Part shown: positions 17,525 to 27,043 of the stretch, piece by piece | How the letters are laid out: each line of letters starts with the position of its first letter | How positions within the stretch are numbered: position 1 is the stretch's first letter | Assembly (NCBI GenBank): GCA_947501605.1 | Contig: CANMWZ010000042.1 | Span: 1-36,180, forward strand | Direction: 5' to 3' | DNA from: Planctomycetota bacterium | GTDB taxonomy: Bacteria > Planctomycetota > UBA1135 > UBA2386 | DNA length: 36,180 bases | Program-made: the position numbers and the translations under genes | The notes under the pieces: generated by a model | What the model saw: only the letters and a program-made list of their open reading frames with translations | Told to the model about the DNA's origin: nothing | The model's database searches: none

Positions 17525-19363
17525 ATGGTCCACAGCCTTCGTCCAACGGCAGCGTGCCTCGCTGGCCTCGCCATCGCGCTCGCCGCGTGCACCGGCAGCA
17601 GCAGCAACAACGCCGCTCCTCGTTTCACTGCCATCCCAGCCCAATCGGTCGCGGGTGGCACGACGTTCACGTTTGATCTGGAGAGCTACGTCTCCGATCG
17701 CGAAGAGGCGGACACGGCGCTGACGTTCTCGGTCGTCTCCGGTGGGGGTGCAATCGCCTTTGGCACGCCGTCGGGCGGGGTGACCCCGGTCGAATACACC
17801 AACGACTTCGACACGATGGGGACCTATGAGGTCGTGATCCGCGCTGTGGACACGGCGGGCAAGCAGACCGACACGACGCTCGCAGTCGTGGTCACGTCGG
17901 CGCGCCTTGCCGCGGTTCGACAGAACACCTCGGGCCTGCTGCTGCTCGACATCGACACCAATGCGACGGTGCAGGTTGTCGCTGGCGGCAACCAGCCGAC
18001 CTTCGCTGGCGGAACGTCGACCTGCTGCGCGGTCTATCAACTGGGCGTCGGCTCGACCAAACAACTCTGGGTCTACAACCTCGCGACGCGCTCCACCACG
18101 CGCATTGCCGCGGACAAGACGCATGTGACGTATGTCGACCAGACCACCACGGGTCGCATCGTCTACACGACGGGTCCGAGCACGGACACCGACCTGTGGG
18201 TCTACAACCTGAGCACCGGCTTCACGACCGAGATCTCGGCGCAGAGTGGTGAGATCGACGGCAGTGCGCTCGTCACGTCAGCCGACCTGGTGTTCTACGA
18301 ACGCGGCACGAGCGGCCAGTCGGACATCTATTACTTCGACCCGGCCCTGGGCACGTCGACAGCCGTGGCAACGGCCTCGTCGAACGAAGTTCTGCGCGCC
18401 GAAGCCGACAGCGGCGCGGTGATCTTCACGCGCATTGGCACCGGCGGAGAAACGGACCTGTTCTGGTTCTCGATCGGCACCAGCACGGTGGAGATCGGCA
18501 GCGATCTTGGCTCGACCGAGCAGAGCCAGAGCAAGACCTGGACGGGCACCACGAGCGACGACATGGTGGTGTTCGAGCTGACGGCAACGCTCGGCGTGGA
18601 CCTCTACATGTGGAACTCCGCGACCGGCACGACGCGCACGCTCGCGAGCGCTGGCGGCAATGAACGCTTCGAAGGCATCACGCAGACGGATGGTGTGGTC
18701 TATCGGTTGGTCAACTCGGGCACCGACAGCGACCTGTTCGTCTACACGTGGACCGGCAATGCATCGGCGACGATTGCGGCGACGGGTGACGACGAGAACT
18801 ACCTGGCCTCGTTGAGCAATGGCGACGTCGTCTATGAACGGACCTCGACGGGCGACGGCTCGCTCGACCTGTTGCTCTACTCGATCACTGGTGCGAGCAG
18901 CGCGACGATCGGTGCGACCGGCGCCGACGACTTCACGTTCCGCGCGGTGCTCGACAACGACAACATCGTCTACACGCACGACGCCACAACGCCGCTGCTG
19001 CGACTGTACGACACGGGCTTGGCGACCTCGGCGACGGTTGCGACGGGTGCGGCGCCGACGTTTGCCGGCGAGACGACTGGTGGCGACTTTGTGTTTGAGC
19101 AGACGACCACTGGCAACACCGATGTGTTCTTGTGGGACGACTCCGGCACGACCGTCACGACGATCGGCAATGCGGCTGGCGACGAGGCGTTCATGGCCTG
19201 GACGCTGGCGAGCACCGTGCTGTTCACGCGCGTGACGACGGGTGAGACCAACTCGGATCTGTTCGTGTGGAATGGAACGACGGCGGTGCAGGTGACCGAC
19301 GAGGACACTGCCGGGCAGCGCTTTGACCACGCCGTCGTGGGCCAGTTCGGCGCCAGCAACTGA
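17525..19363 (+). CDS. lipoprotein with Ig/cadherin-like domain and about 11 beta-propeller-like repeats
   Basis: Lipobox LAAC; NAAPRFT..DL.SYVSD.E...LTF Ig-like start; ~43 aa repeats with VVY/VF...DL(F/W/Y)x(W/Y) signature; Thr/Ser/Gly-rich. Confidence 0.85.
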   Translation: MVHSLRPTAACLAGLAIALAACTGSSSNNAAPRFTAIPAQSVAGGTTFTFDLESYVSDREEADTALTFSVVSGGGAIAFGTPSGGVTPVEYTNDFDTMGTYEVVIRAVDTAGKQTDTTLAVVVTSARLAAVRQNTSGLLLLDIDTNATVQVVAGGNQPTFAGGTSTCCAVYQLGVGSTKQLWVYNLATRSTTRIAADKTHVTYVDQTTTGRIVYTTGPSTDTDLWVYNLSTGFTTEISAQSGEIDGSALVTSADLVFYERGTSGQSDIYYFDPALGTSTAVATASSNEVLRAEADSGAVIFTRIGTGGETDLFWFSIGTSTVEIGSDLGSTEQSQSKTWTGTTSDDMVVFELTATLGVDLYMWNSATGTTRTLASAGGNERFEGITQTDGVVYRLVNSGTDSDLFVYTWTGNASATIAATGDDENYLASLSNGDVVYERTSTGDGSLDLLLYSITGASSATIGATGADDFTFRAVLDNDNIVYTHDATTPLLRLYDTGLATSATVATGAAPTFAGETTGGDFVFEQTTTGNTDVFLWDDSGTTVTTIGNAAGDEAFMAWTLASTVLFTRVTTGETNSDLFVWNGTTAVQVTDEDTAGQRFDHAVVGQFGASN

Positions 19364-19561
19364 GCCGCGGCGGAGAGGGTGTTTGAAGCGAGTCGTCGAC
19401 CGCGAAGGTGGTCGGTGGCTCGCTTTGGGTTTTGGGGGATCGTGTTTGCTGGTGTAGGCGCCCCCCCCCAACCCCCAACACCTTGACACCCCCGCCGCGC
19501 CCTCGTCTCCTTCTCCCGTCCGCCTGCCCAACTCGTCCCCCTCTCTCCCACGAGGTCTCCC

Positions 19562-22500
19562 ATGCAATGCCGCCCGGCTTCGGCCTTCGGCTTCTCGCTG
19601 GCGTTGGTCGCCAGCTTCTTGGTTGCGCAAAAGCCGCAGCTAGATCCGCAGGTCGCAGCGCAGCAGCGCGCGCAACTGGCACTTCCTGATCGCGGGTTCG
19701 ACGCGCAGATGCAAGCCACCAACCTCGCGTGGCAGCAGTTCGTGCAGCAAGCAGGCGGCCGCTGGATGAGCCAGTGGAACCGCGCGACCAACACGCCGAG
19801 CGCGATCTGGGGCACGGGCCTGCCGCTCGCCGACTGGCGCGGCAACACCCAAGAAGAGGCGCGTCGTCAGGCGCTCCGACTGCTGCAGGAGCGCAGTGAC
19901 CTGCTGGGACTTGGGCAGAGCGAGTTCCGCGAGACCATCGCGGCTCGCATCGGCAGCAACTGGTCGTTTGTCTATGACCAGTTCTTTGCTGGCATCCCTG
20001 TCCTTGATGGCCGCGCCGACGTGCGGGTTCATAGGACCGGTAAGGTGTCGATGTTCGGCAGCGTCGCGTTTGCGATCCCGGCGGGCTTCTCCACGGTGCC
20101 GCAGCTCGACGAGCTGAGCGCGACGTTCCTTGCGTGGCAGGCCCTTGGCCTCGAGCCGCCGACCGTGCGCCAGCCCAATGACAAGCGCCTTGCGCGCCTC
20201 GTCATCCTGGGTGATGCCAATGCCGCAAAGTCGTCGCCGGTCGAGTTGGCGTGGGAGATCCCCGTCAGCGCCGTCGACCAAGAGGGCAAGGGCCCCGTGG
20301 GTCGCTACCTGATCGATGCGCAGCGCGGTCGCGTGCTGCGTTACGAGAACGACAAACACGAATGCGCCCTCGCAGGCTGCCGCGCGCCGCACCGTGGCTT
20401 TACCGCCGCTGGTGAAGGTTCGACCCAGCCCGCTTCGGCGCTGCCCGTCGTCACCGGCACCGTGCTCGGCTGGACGCGCCTGGGAACGGGTGCCACGTCG
20501 GCCTTGGCCAACATCCCGCTCGCTGGCGTCCAGATCAACGTCCCTGGCGCGGGCGTGGTCGTCACCGACAGCAACGGCAACTTCACCGCCAACGTCAACG
20601 TCGTTACCAATGTGACGGCGACGCTCGATGGCATCCATTCGCAGCTGATCGCCGGCGGTCTCGCGCCATCGGTCAATGCGACCCTGACGCCCGGCGTGCC
20701 AGCCACGATCCAGTTCTTGACCAACGCGGCGAGCCAAGAAGACGCGGCGCACACGTCGACCTATCACTGGACCTACGCGGTCAATGAGTTCTTGCGCGGC
20801 ATCCTCGGCAACTCGCCAGAGTTGGCGGCGGCTGACAACGTGCTGCCCACGGTCAACATCGCGTCGACGTGCAATGCCTACTACACCGGCAACACGATCA
20901 ACTTCTATGCAACCGGCGGTAGCTGCAACAACACGGCGTTCTCGAGCGTCGTCGCCCACGAATGGGGCCACGGCATCGACGATCGCTACGGCGGCATCTC
21001 GCAGACCAACGGTCTGAGCGAAGGCTGGGGCGACATCTGCTCGATCTACCTGCTCGACTTCCCGACCGTCGGCGAGAACTTCTTCACCAACGGCGGCTTC
21101 ATCCGCACCGGCACCAACAATCGCCAGTATCCGACCGGCAGCGGTGTGCATGCTCAGGGTGAATCGTGGATGGGTTTTGCGTGGAAGCTGCGCGAAGGCC
21201 TCGCCGTCTCGCTCGGCAATCGCGCGCAGGCAATCGCGATCACCAATGACATCGTGCTCGGCACGTTGCCCGCGGACGCGACCAATCAGCGCGACGCCGT
21301 CCGCGAGGTGTTCCTCGCCGACGACAATGACGCCGATCTGACCAACGGCACGCCGAACTCCGTTCAGTTGCTGGCCGCGTGCGCGCTGCACAACCTGCCC
21401 GACCCGAGCCAACCTGGTCCGGCCAACGACGAATGCGCCGGCGCCATCCAGGTCTTTGCCGGCGCCAATGGCCCGTTCGACACGTCGCTCTCGAGCTCGT
21501 CGTCGCAACCGTGGCCGTGCGCGGGTGGCGGATCGGACCTCTGGTACCGCTTCACCGCGCTGGGCTCCGGTTCGATGACCGTCGATACCTGCGCCTCGGC
21601 CAACTACGACAGCGCGTTGGAGATCTTCTCCGGCAGCTGCGGCGCGCTGGTCAGCCTCGCGTGCAACGACGACACCTGCGGTTTGTCTTCGTCGGTCACG
21701 GTCAACGTCCTCGCCGGCCAGACCTACTACATCCGCCTCGGCGGTTATGCGGGCGCGGCCGGTTCGTCGGGGCTCAACATCAGCGCGCCTACGGGCGGGT
21801 TCCCGGCCTCTGTGGCCAGCTACGGCACCGGTTGCTACCAAACGTCGCGCTCGTTCTATGAGCTGTTCCCCGCGGCTTCGGCAATGGACCTCACGGGCCT
21901 CAGCATGACGCTCGCCTGGACCGGCTCGAGCTATGTCGCACTGCCGCTCGGCAGCTACGTCGCGCCGAGCCCAGCAGCGACCGCGCTCGTGCTCGCTGAC
22001 GACACGTTCACCGCAGTCCCGCTGTCGGGCACGCTGTCGTATCCCGGCGGCACGACCACGGCGCTCGAGGTGTGCTCCAACGGCTTCGTCTCGGCGGCCA
22101 GCGGCAACGGCGTTGGTTACGTGCCGAGCGCCAGCGGATGGCTTGGCAGCGTGGCAGCGCGCTGGGGCTTGGTGCATGACTTCTACCCCGGCACTGTCGG
22201 CGTCGTGAAGCGCGAGCAGGTCGGCTCGGTGCTCTACATCACGTGGGACAACGTGCGCGACTTCTCGGGCACGGCGACCAGCACGTGGCAACTCCAGTTC
22301 GACCTGGCGTCCAACAACGTCACCTACGTCTGGCAGTCGATGAGCACGGGCGGCAACGCCTATCTCGCCGGCTTCACGGCGGCGGCGCCCAACAACGACC
22401 TTGGATCGCTCAACCTGTCGGCGGCGATCCCTGGCGGATTCACCACCGGATCCGCCAATTCGCTCGGCCTCGCGCAGGTGTCGTCGGTGCCGGTCATCGG

Positions 22501-22816
22501 CACGCAGTTGACCATCACGACGACCAACTACACGGCGCCGGTCTCGGTCGGCTTCGTCTGCTTCGGCGTTACGGGCTACAACCCCGGCATCGACATGGGG
22601 CAGTTCGGCGCCGCTGGTTGTGCCATTCACGTCAACACGGACTTCAACTACCTGGTGGTCTCCGCCGCCGGGCAGTCGGTCCTCAACCTGCAGATCCCCA
22701 ACGATCCAGCCTTCCAGGCTGCCGTGCTCAACACGCAGACGTTTGCGCTCTCCAGTGGCGCCAACCAGCTCGGTGTAACGTCGTCAAACGGCGTTGCACT
22801 GACGTTCGGCTACTGA
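19562..22816 (+). CDS. secreted thermolysin/fungalysin-like (M4/M36 clan) zinc metallopeptidase, multidomain
   Basis: Signal peptide, FTP/PepSY-like propeptide, CNAYY, VVAHEWGHG (HEXXH), third ligand LSEGWGD, GVH; followed by a PPC-like domain (ANDEC..DLWYRF..CNDD..YYIRLGGY) and further C-terminal domains. Confidence 0.9.
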   Translation: MQCRPASAFGFSLALVASFLVAQKPQLDPQVAAQQRAQLALPDRGFDAQMQATNLAWQQFVQQAGGRWMSQWNRATNTPSAIWGTGLPLADWRGNTQEEARRQALRLLQERSDLLGLGQSEFRETIAARIGSNWSFVYDQFFAGIPVLDGRADVRVHRTGKVSMFGSVAFAIPAGFSTVPQLDELSATFLAWQALGLEPPTVRQPNDKRLARLVILGDANAAKSSPVELAWEIPVSAVDQEGKGPVGRYLIDAQRGRVLRYENDKHECALAGCRAPHRGFTAAGEGSTQPASALPVVTGTVLGWTRLGTGATSALANIPLAGVQINVPGAGVVVTDSNGNFTANVNVVTNVTATLDGIHSQLIAGGLAPSVNATLTPGVPATIQFLTNAASQEDAAHTSTYHWTYAVNEFLRGILGNSPELAAADNVLPTVNIASTCNAYYTGNTINFYATGGSCNNTAFSSVVAHEWGHGIDDRYGGISQTNGLSEGWGDICSIYLLDFPTVGENFFTNGGFIRTGTNNRQYPTGSGVHAQGESWMGFAWKLREGLAVSLGNRAQAIAITNDIVLGTLPADATNQRDAVREVFLADDNDADLTNGTPNSVQLLAACALHNLPDPSQPGPANDECAGAIQVFAGANGPFDTSLSSSSSQPWPCAGGGSDLWYRFTALGSGSMTVDTCASANYDSALEIFSGSCGALVSLACNDDTCGLSSSVTVNVLAGQTYYIRLGGYAGAAGSSGLNISAPTGGFPASVASYGTGCYQTSRSFYELFPAASAMDLTGLSMTLAWTGSSYVALPLGSYVAPSPAATALVLADDTFTAVPLSGTLSYPGGTTTALEVCSNGFVSAASGNGVGYVPSASGWLGSVAARWGLVHDFYPGTVGVVKREQVGSVLYITWDNVRDFSGTATSTWQLQFDLASNNVTYVWQSMSTGGNAYLAGFTAAAPNNDLGSLNLSAAIPGGFTTGSANSLGLAQVSSVPVIGTQLTITTTNYTAPVSVGFVCFGVTGYNPGIDMGQFGAAGCAIHVNTDFNYLVVSAAGQSVLNLQIPNDPAFQAAVLNTQTFALSSGANQLGVTSSNGVALTFGY

Positions 22817-22944
22817 AGCCAATTGGAGCGAGCCGCGACGCGCCGATACCATGGCGCGATCGCGGCGGTAGTCCGGTGAGCGGACGATCTTCTTCGCTCG
22901 CTCACCCGCATACGCCGTCAGGTCCGATATCGTGGCTCGCGACG

Positions 22945-24408
22945 ATGCCAACGATCGAGTTCGAGGCCCTGGACTACCGCGCGGACCAGACGTTCGCACC
23001 GGCTCGCTACCGCTATGACGGTGACGAGCAGACGGGATGGCGCATCGACCGCGACGGCGTGCTGTTGCTCGAACTGGGCAAGGGCTTCCGCCTACTGCGG
23101 GTCGCGAGCTGTGGCGTCTGCTCTACAGATCTCGCGCGGCACTTCCTGCCCTTCCCGTTGCCCCAAGTGATCGGCCACGAGGTCGTCGCCAGGAGCGACA
23201 ACGGCACGCGCTACGTCGTCGAGATCAACGCCTCGCACGCAGCGCGCGGCGTTGCTGACGAATGCGCGTTCTGTCGCGCCGGGCTGCCGACGCATTGCCC
23301 GTCGCGCGTGACGCTCGGAATCCACGATCTTCCGGGCGGCTTCGGCGCCTACATCCTTGCGCCGGTGGCTGCCTGCGTCGAAGTGCCAGCGTCCGTGCCC
23401 GACAGTGCCGCCGTTCTGGTCGAGCCGTTTGCGGCGGCGCTGCATGGCGTGCAGACGGTGGCGCCCAAGGCCGGTGAACGCATTGCGGTGCTCGGACCGC
23501 GTCGCCTTGGCATGCTGGTCGTAGCTGCGCTCGCCGGAGTGCGGGCTCGCATGGTCGAAGCAGGGCGCGACTTCGCGATCGCCGCGCTCGTGCGCGATCC
23601 GGCGTTGCTGCCGCTGGCGCGCACCTTTGGCGCCACCGAGGCGTTGCAAGTCGGCGGCGATGCTCGGTTGCCGGATGCCTCGTTCGATGTCGTCATCGAC
23701 ACCACCGGCAGCCCCGACGGCTTTGATCTTGCAGTGCAGCTCGCGCGCCGCGAAGTGCACCTGAAGTCCACCCACGGACGTCCGGCTGCCGGGCTGCGGC
23801 ACCTTACCGAGCTCGTCGTCGACGAACTCGCGATCGGGCGCTTCCCGTTCTCCGAGCCCAAACCGGGAGAGGGACCATGGGACCGATTGCGCACTGGCTC
23901 GCGCCCGCGCGTTGCGTGGCTCGCATCGACGATGCCGCCGGCGTGGCTCACGGCGCGCGCCGAAGTGCGTCGCGGCGCAGCGGCCGAGTTGGCAGCGCAG
24001 TACGACAGTGCAGAGGATGGTCTGCCTCGCGCCGACGTCGCCGTGGTCGATTCTGCTGCGAAGATCGACTTGGCCATCCGTCCTCGCGATGGTCGGGAGG
24101 AGGCGTTGATCCGCCCACGCGGTGAGATCCTCGTCCTTCCGAGTGCCGTTACCTATGGGTCCTCGTTGCTCTCGGCGGTCGTCGCGCGCGACCTGCGATT
24201 GTCGAGTTCGCGCTGCGGCGACTTTCGTCCCGCACTCGACCTGTTGGCGAGCAACGGCGAACTCGCGCGCATCGGCGAACGACTCGTGACACATCGCTTT
24301 GCCGCCAACGACCTCGCCTGCGCGTTTGCGACGGCACGATCGCGCGGTTGCATCAAGGCCGTCGTCGAGCACGGCACGGCGATCCGAGCCGGGGGAGAGC
24401 GCACATGA
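22945..24408 (+). CDS. atypical Zn-dependent alcohol dehydrogenase (MDR family)
   Basis: CGVCSTDL, IGHE, CAFC...HC, LVEPFAAALH, VLGPRRLG, DVVIDTTG, IKAVV; likely start MPTIEFEAL at 22945. Confidence 0.88.
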   Translation: MPTIEFEALDYRADQTFAPARYRYDGDEQTGWRIDRDGVLLLELGKGFRLLRVASCGVCSTDLARHFLPFPLPQVIGHEVVARSDNGTRYVVEINASHAARGVADECAFCRAGLPTHCPSRVTLGIHDLPGGFGAYILAPVAACVEVPASVPDSAAVLVEPFAAALHGVQTVAPKAGERIAVLGPRRLGMLVVAALAGVRARMVEAGRDFAIAALVRDPALLPLARTFGATEALQVGGDARLPDASFDVVIDTTGSPDGFDLAVQLARREVHLKSTHGRPAAGLRHLTELVVDELAIGRFPFSEPKPGEGPWDRLRTGSRPRVAWLASTMPPAWLTARAEVRRGAAAELAAQYDSAEDGLPRADVAVVDSAAKIDLAIRPRDGREEALIRPRGEILVLPSAVTYGSSLLSAVVARDLRLSSSRCGDFRPALDLLASNGELARIGERLVTHRFAANDLACAFATARSRGCIKAVVEHGTAIRAGGERT

Positions 24409-26840
24409 GCGGCAATCGGCGCGAACTGCCGACGTCGATCGGGCCGCCGCTCGTGTTCGACGGCACGGTCTGGTCGATCGACGTTGGTTCCGTGCCGACG
24501 CTGCACGGCTTGTCGGTGTTGTCGCGGGCGCTGGCGGAGATGGTCGTGGCGCAGGCGCGAACCGACCGACTCGATGTCGCCGTCGAGCGGCGGCTGCGCG
24601 AACGCGAGAACCCTGAGCTTGCTGGCATGTTTGGGATCGAGTCCGTGCGTCTCGCGGCGGATCCGACCGTGCTCGATGGCATTGCGCGTGCACCCGAGGT
24701 GTTCGAACAACGTCTGCGAGCGGTGCTCGGCAGCTTGCAGCGTCAGCGCTACCGCGATGCGCTGCTACCGCTCGACCGCGCCGAGTCGCGTGCTCTGGTC
24801 GCCGAGTTCGTGGATGGCGAACCACAGCTATTCGTACTGGAACACCTGTCGGGTCGACGCGATCCGAGCCGCGGCGCCTTCCGCATCACGGTGGAGGGCA
24901 CAACCGGTCGGCGCCTCGATCTCGCGGTCATCCCACACGTTCGCATCGCCGATGTTGCCGATCGCAGCTTCATCGCTGGCAGCACGCGCATCGCCCAAAC
25001 CTGGGCCGAAGCGCTACGGCGTGAGGCGGAACGCGGTCGCCGCACGTTTGCCGAGCAGCGGTCGCCGCACAGTCACCTGTTCAAGCAACTCGATCAGGCG
25101 GGGCTGACAATGCTCCAACGCGTGTCGCTGCAATGGTCCGAGGCGGCGCAGACGTTCTTGCTGGAGAGTGATCCGGCCGAGGTGAGCGCCTTGCTCAAGC
25201 GCGTGCTGCTCGCGTGCGAGGATCGCCAGCTGCGCCAGCTCGTCGCCGAACGCGCGGTCGTGCGCGTCGATGCCGGTTCGATGCCGATCTATCTCGACGT
25301 GTCTCAACTGGGACGCGTTCTCGAGCTGTCGATGGGGCACCGACGCGAGCGCTCGCACGCCGAGTCGTTCTTGCAGCGAACCGTGCGCATGGCGGCGATC
25401 ACAGGCTCGGTTGCGCCGGCGCAGCCGCTCGCCGGAGTCCGCGTGTTCTTGGTGCATCACATGACGGCCGAGGTGGTGGCGCTGATCGCGGCGCTGCGGC
25501 GCCTTGGTTGCCGCGACCTGGTGACGTTGTTCGTGACCTACTCCGGCGAGCCGCCTGCCAGTTATCTCGACGCGGTGCTCGACCTTCCGCCGGACGAGTT
25601 TCGAGCGCTCGCGCTAGTCAATGTGCCGACGCCGGGGCACGTCGAGGGTCACTATCGGTTGTCGCAGCACTATTCGCAGTTGAGCGAGGCGCCGGCGATT
25701 GCGGCTGCGCTGAATGGCCGCGACCGCGAGTATCTATCGGCCATGCGGGCGACGGCCATCGTGCCCTTCATGGCGCAACTGCAACGCGCCGAGGCTGCTG
25801 GCGAGCGCTGTTTGCTGATCGAAGACGGCGGCTATCTCGGGCCCGTCGTGCAGGACGCGCTGCTGCGCAGCATGACAACCGCCGCGTTTGCGGCGGAACT
25901 CGGCCACGTGACCGGCGATTCGCGGCCGCTGGCAGCGACTGCGGGCACCCTGCTGCTCGGAACCGTGGAGCACACGCGCAACGGCTTCGATCGCCTCGAC
26001 GCGGTCGAGAAGCGACACGGCAGGCTCGCATTGCCGTCCTATTCCATCGCGATCTCGAAGTTGAAACGAGAGGTCGAATCGCGCGAGGTCGCTGCTTCGG
26101 TGTTGTCCGCGGTAGAGACCGTGTTGCACGCCGAGGGCCGCATCCTGTCGCGACGATCGTGCCTCGTGCTCGGCTCCTGCGGTGCGATCGGCGGCGAACT
26201 CGTCCGTTCGCTACGCGCGCGCCTCGACACACCAGAACGCGCGCTGCATGGGATCGACTTGCGCATCGGCGACCTCGCGCCATCGCTCACAGCGGAGGCT
26301 CGCACGCTCGCGGAGTTGCCGACGGAGCGCTGGCTCGACACCGATCTCGTGCTCGGCGTGACCGGTGACAGTGTGCTCAAGGCTGCCGATCTCGAGCGCT
26401 GGCTTTGCGACGGCACGCGCGACACGTTGGTCCTTGCCAGCGGATCGACCAAGAAGGTCGAGTTCCGCGACGCGATGCTCTGGTTCGACCGCCTTTGCAA
26501 CGAGGCGGCTCCCATGGTCAATGGCCGCGCGATCACGGTGCGCAGCGAAGAGCTGCTCGATCCGCGAACGACTCGTCTCTACGGCCATCGATGGCAGTTC
26601 ACGTTTGCTGACGGCCGGCACCGGACGATTCTCGCGCTTGGCCATCTCACGCCGATCAACTTCCTGTTCTACGGCGTAGCCACCGAGTTGATCGACGAGG
26701 TGCTGGCGCAGTTGCTGACGGTGTCGCTGGGCGCAGTGCGCAATGCGCACAGCGGCGTGCGCCCGCTGCGTTTGTGCGCCGTCGATCGGGAGTGCGACGC
26801 CCACGCGAGCTTGTGCCAAGTGACACCGAACCGCTCCTGA
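24405..26840 (+). CDS. large protein: unknown N-terminal ~320 aa plus divergent S-adenosylhomocysteine hydrolase-like domain
   Basis: PLAGVRVFLVHHMTAE, IEDGGY, GTVEHTRNG, SKLKREVE, VLGSCGAIG, GVTG, TPINF occur in SAHH motif order; ATGA overlap with the ADH gene and GGAG upstream. Confidence 0.75.
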   Translation: MSGNRRELPTSIGPPLVFDGTVWSIDVGSVPTLHGLSVLSRALAEMVVAQARTDRLDVAVERRLRERENPELAGMFGIESVRLAADPTVLDGIARAPEVFEQRLRAVLGSLQRQRYRDALLPLDRAESRALVAEFVDGEPQLFVLEHLSGRRDPSRGAFRITVEGTTGRRLDLAVIPHVRIADVADRSFIAGSTRIAQTWAEALRREAERGRRTFAEQRSPHSHLFKQLDQAGLTMLQRVSLQWSEAAQTFLLESDPAEVSALLKRVLLACEDRQLRQLVAERAVVRVDAGSMPIYLDVSQLGRVLELSMGHRRERSHAESFLQRTVRMAAITGSVAPAQPLAGVRVFLVHHMTAEVVALIAALRRLGCRDLVTLFVTYSGEPPASYLDAVLDLPPDEFRALALVNVPTPGHVEGHYRLSQHYSQLSEAPAIAAALNGRDREYLSAMRATAIVPFMAQLQRAEAAGERCLLIEDGGYLGPVVQDALLRSMTTAAFAAELGHVTGDSRPLAATAGTLLLGTVEHTRNGFDRLDAVEKRHGRLALPSYSIAISKLKREVESREVAASVLSAVETVLHAEGRILSRRSCLVLGSCGAIGGELVRSLRARLDTPERALHGIDLRIGDLAPSLTAEARTLAELPTERWLDTDLVLGVTGDSVLKAADLERWLCDGTRDTLVLASGSTKKVEFRDAMLWFDRLCNEAAPMVNGRAITVRSEELLDPRTTRLYGHRWQFTFADGRHRTILALGHLTPINFLFYGVATELIDEVLAQLLTVSLGAVRNAHSGVRPLRLCAVDRECDAHASLCQVTPNRS

Positions 26841-27043
26841 CTACGACCGCATCGGGAGAGGATTCTACGTCCTACCTGACCAAGTGCGTAGGGCGACGGC
26901 GGCGACCCTCGGCGGCATCGAAACGCCGATGGCAGTGGGGCGTTGGTTTTGCCGAGCACCAAGACGGCGCTATCTGCGAACCGATCTGCAGAGGGGCACG
27001 GTCGCACTAAAGCGCAAACGGACGATGTTCCGAAGGCGATGCG

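Noticed and set aside
19640..22630. 996 aa minus-strand ORF, and similar long antisense ORFs at 12883-15012, 23092-24825 and 9100-10662
   Set aside because: These are shadow frames of well-supported genes in high-GC DNA, Arg-rich and without motifs.
22243..22944. Long N-terminal extensions in the ORF track (ADH from 22243, purF from 10072, pyrE from 12077, GT2 from 13015, the 3471 gene from 4949)
   Set aside because: They overlap neighbouring real genes, and recognisable sequence begins only at the downstream starts used here.
24405..26840. Calling this gene ahcY
   Set aside because: Key SAHH motifs are substituted or absent and there is a large extra N-terminal region.
27008..27036. sigma28 promoter for the MCP (TAAAG...TCCGAAGG)
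   Set aside because: The spacer is 1-2 nt too long and the -10 match is poor; plausible but unsupported.
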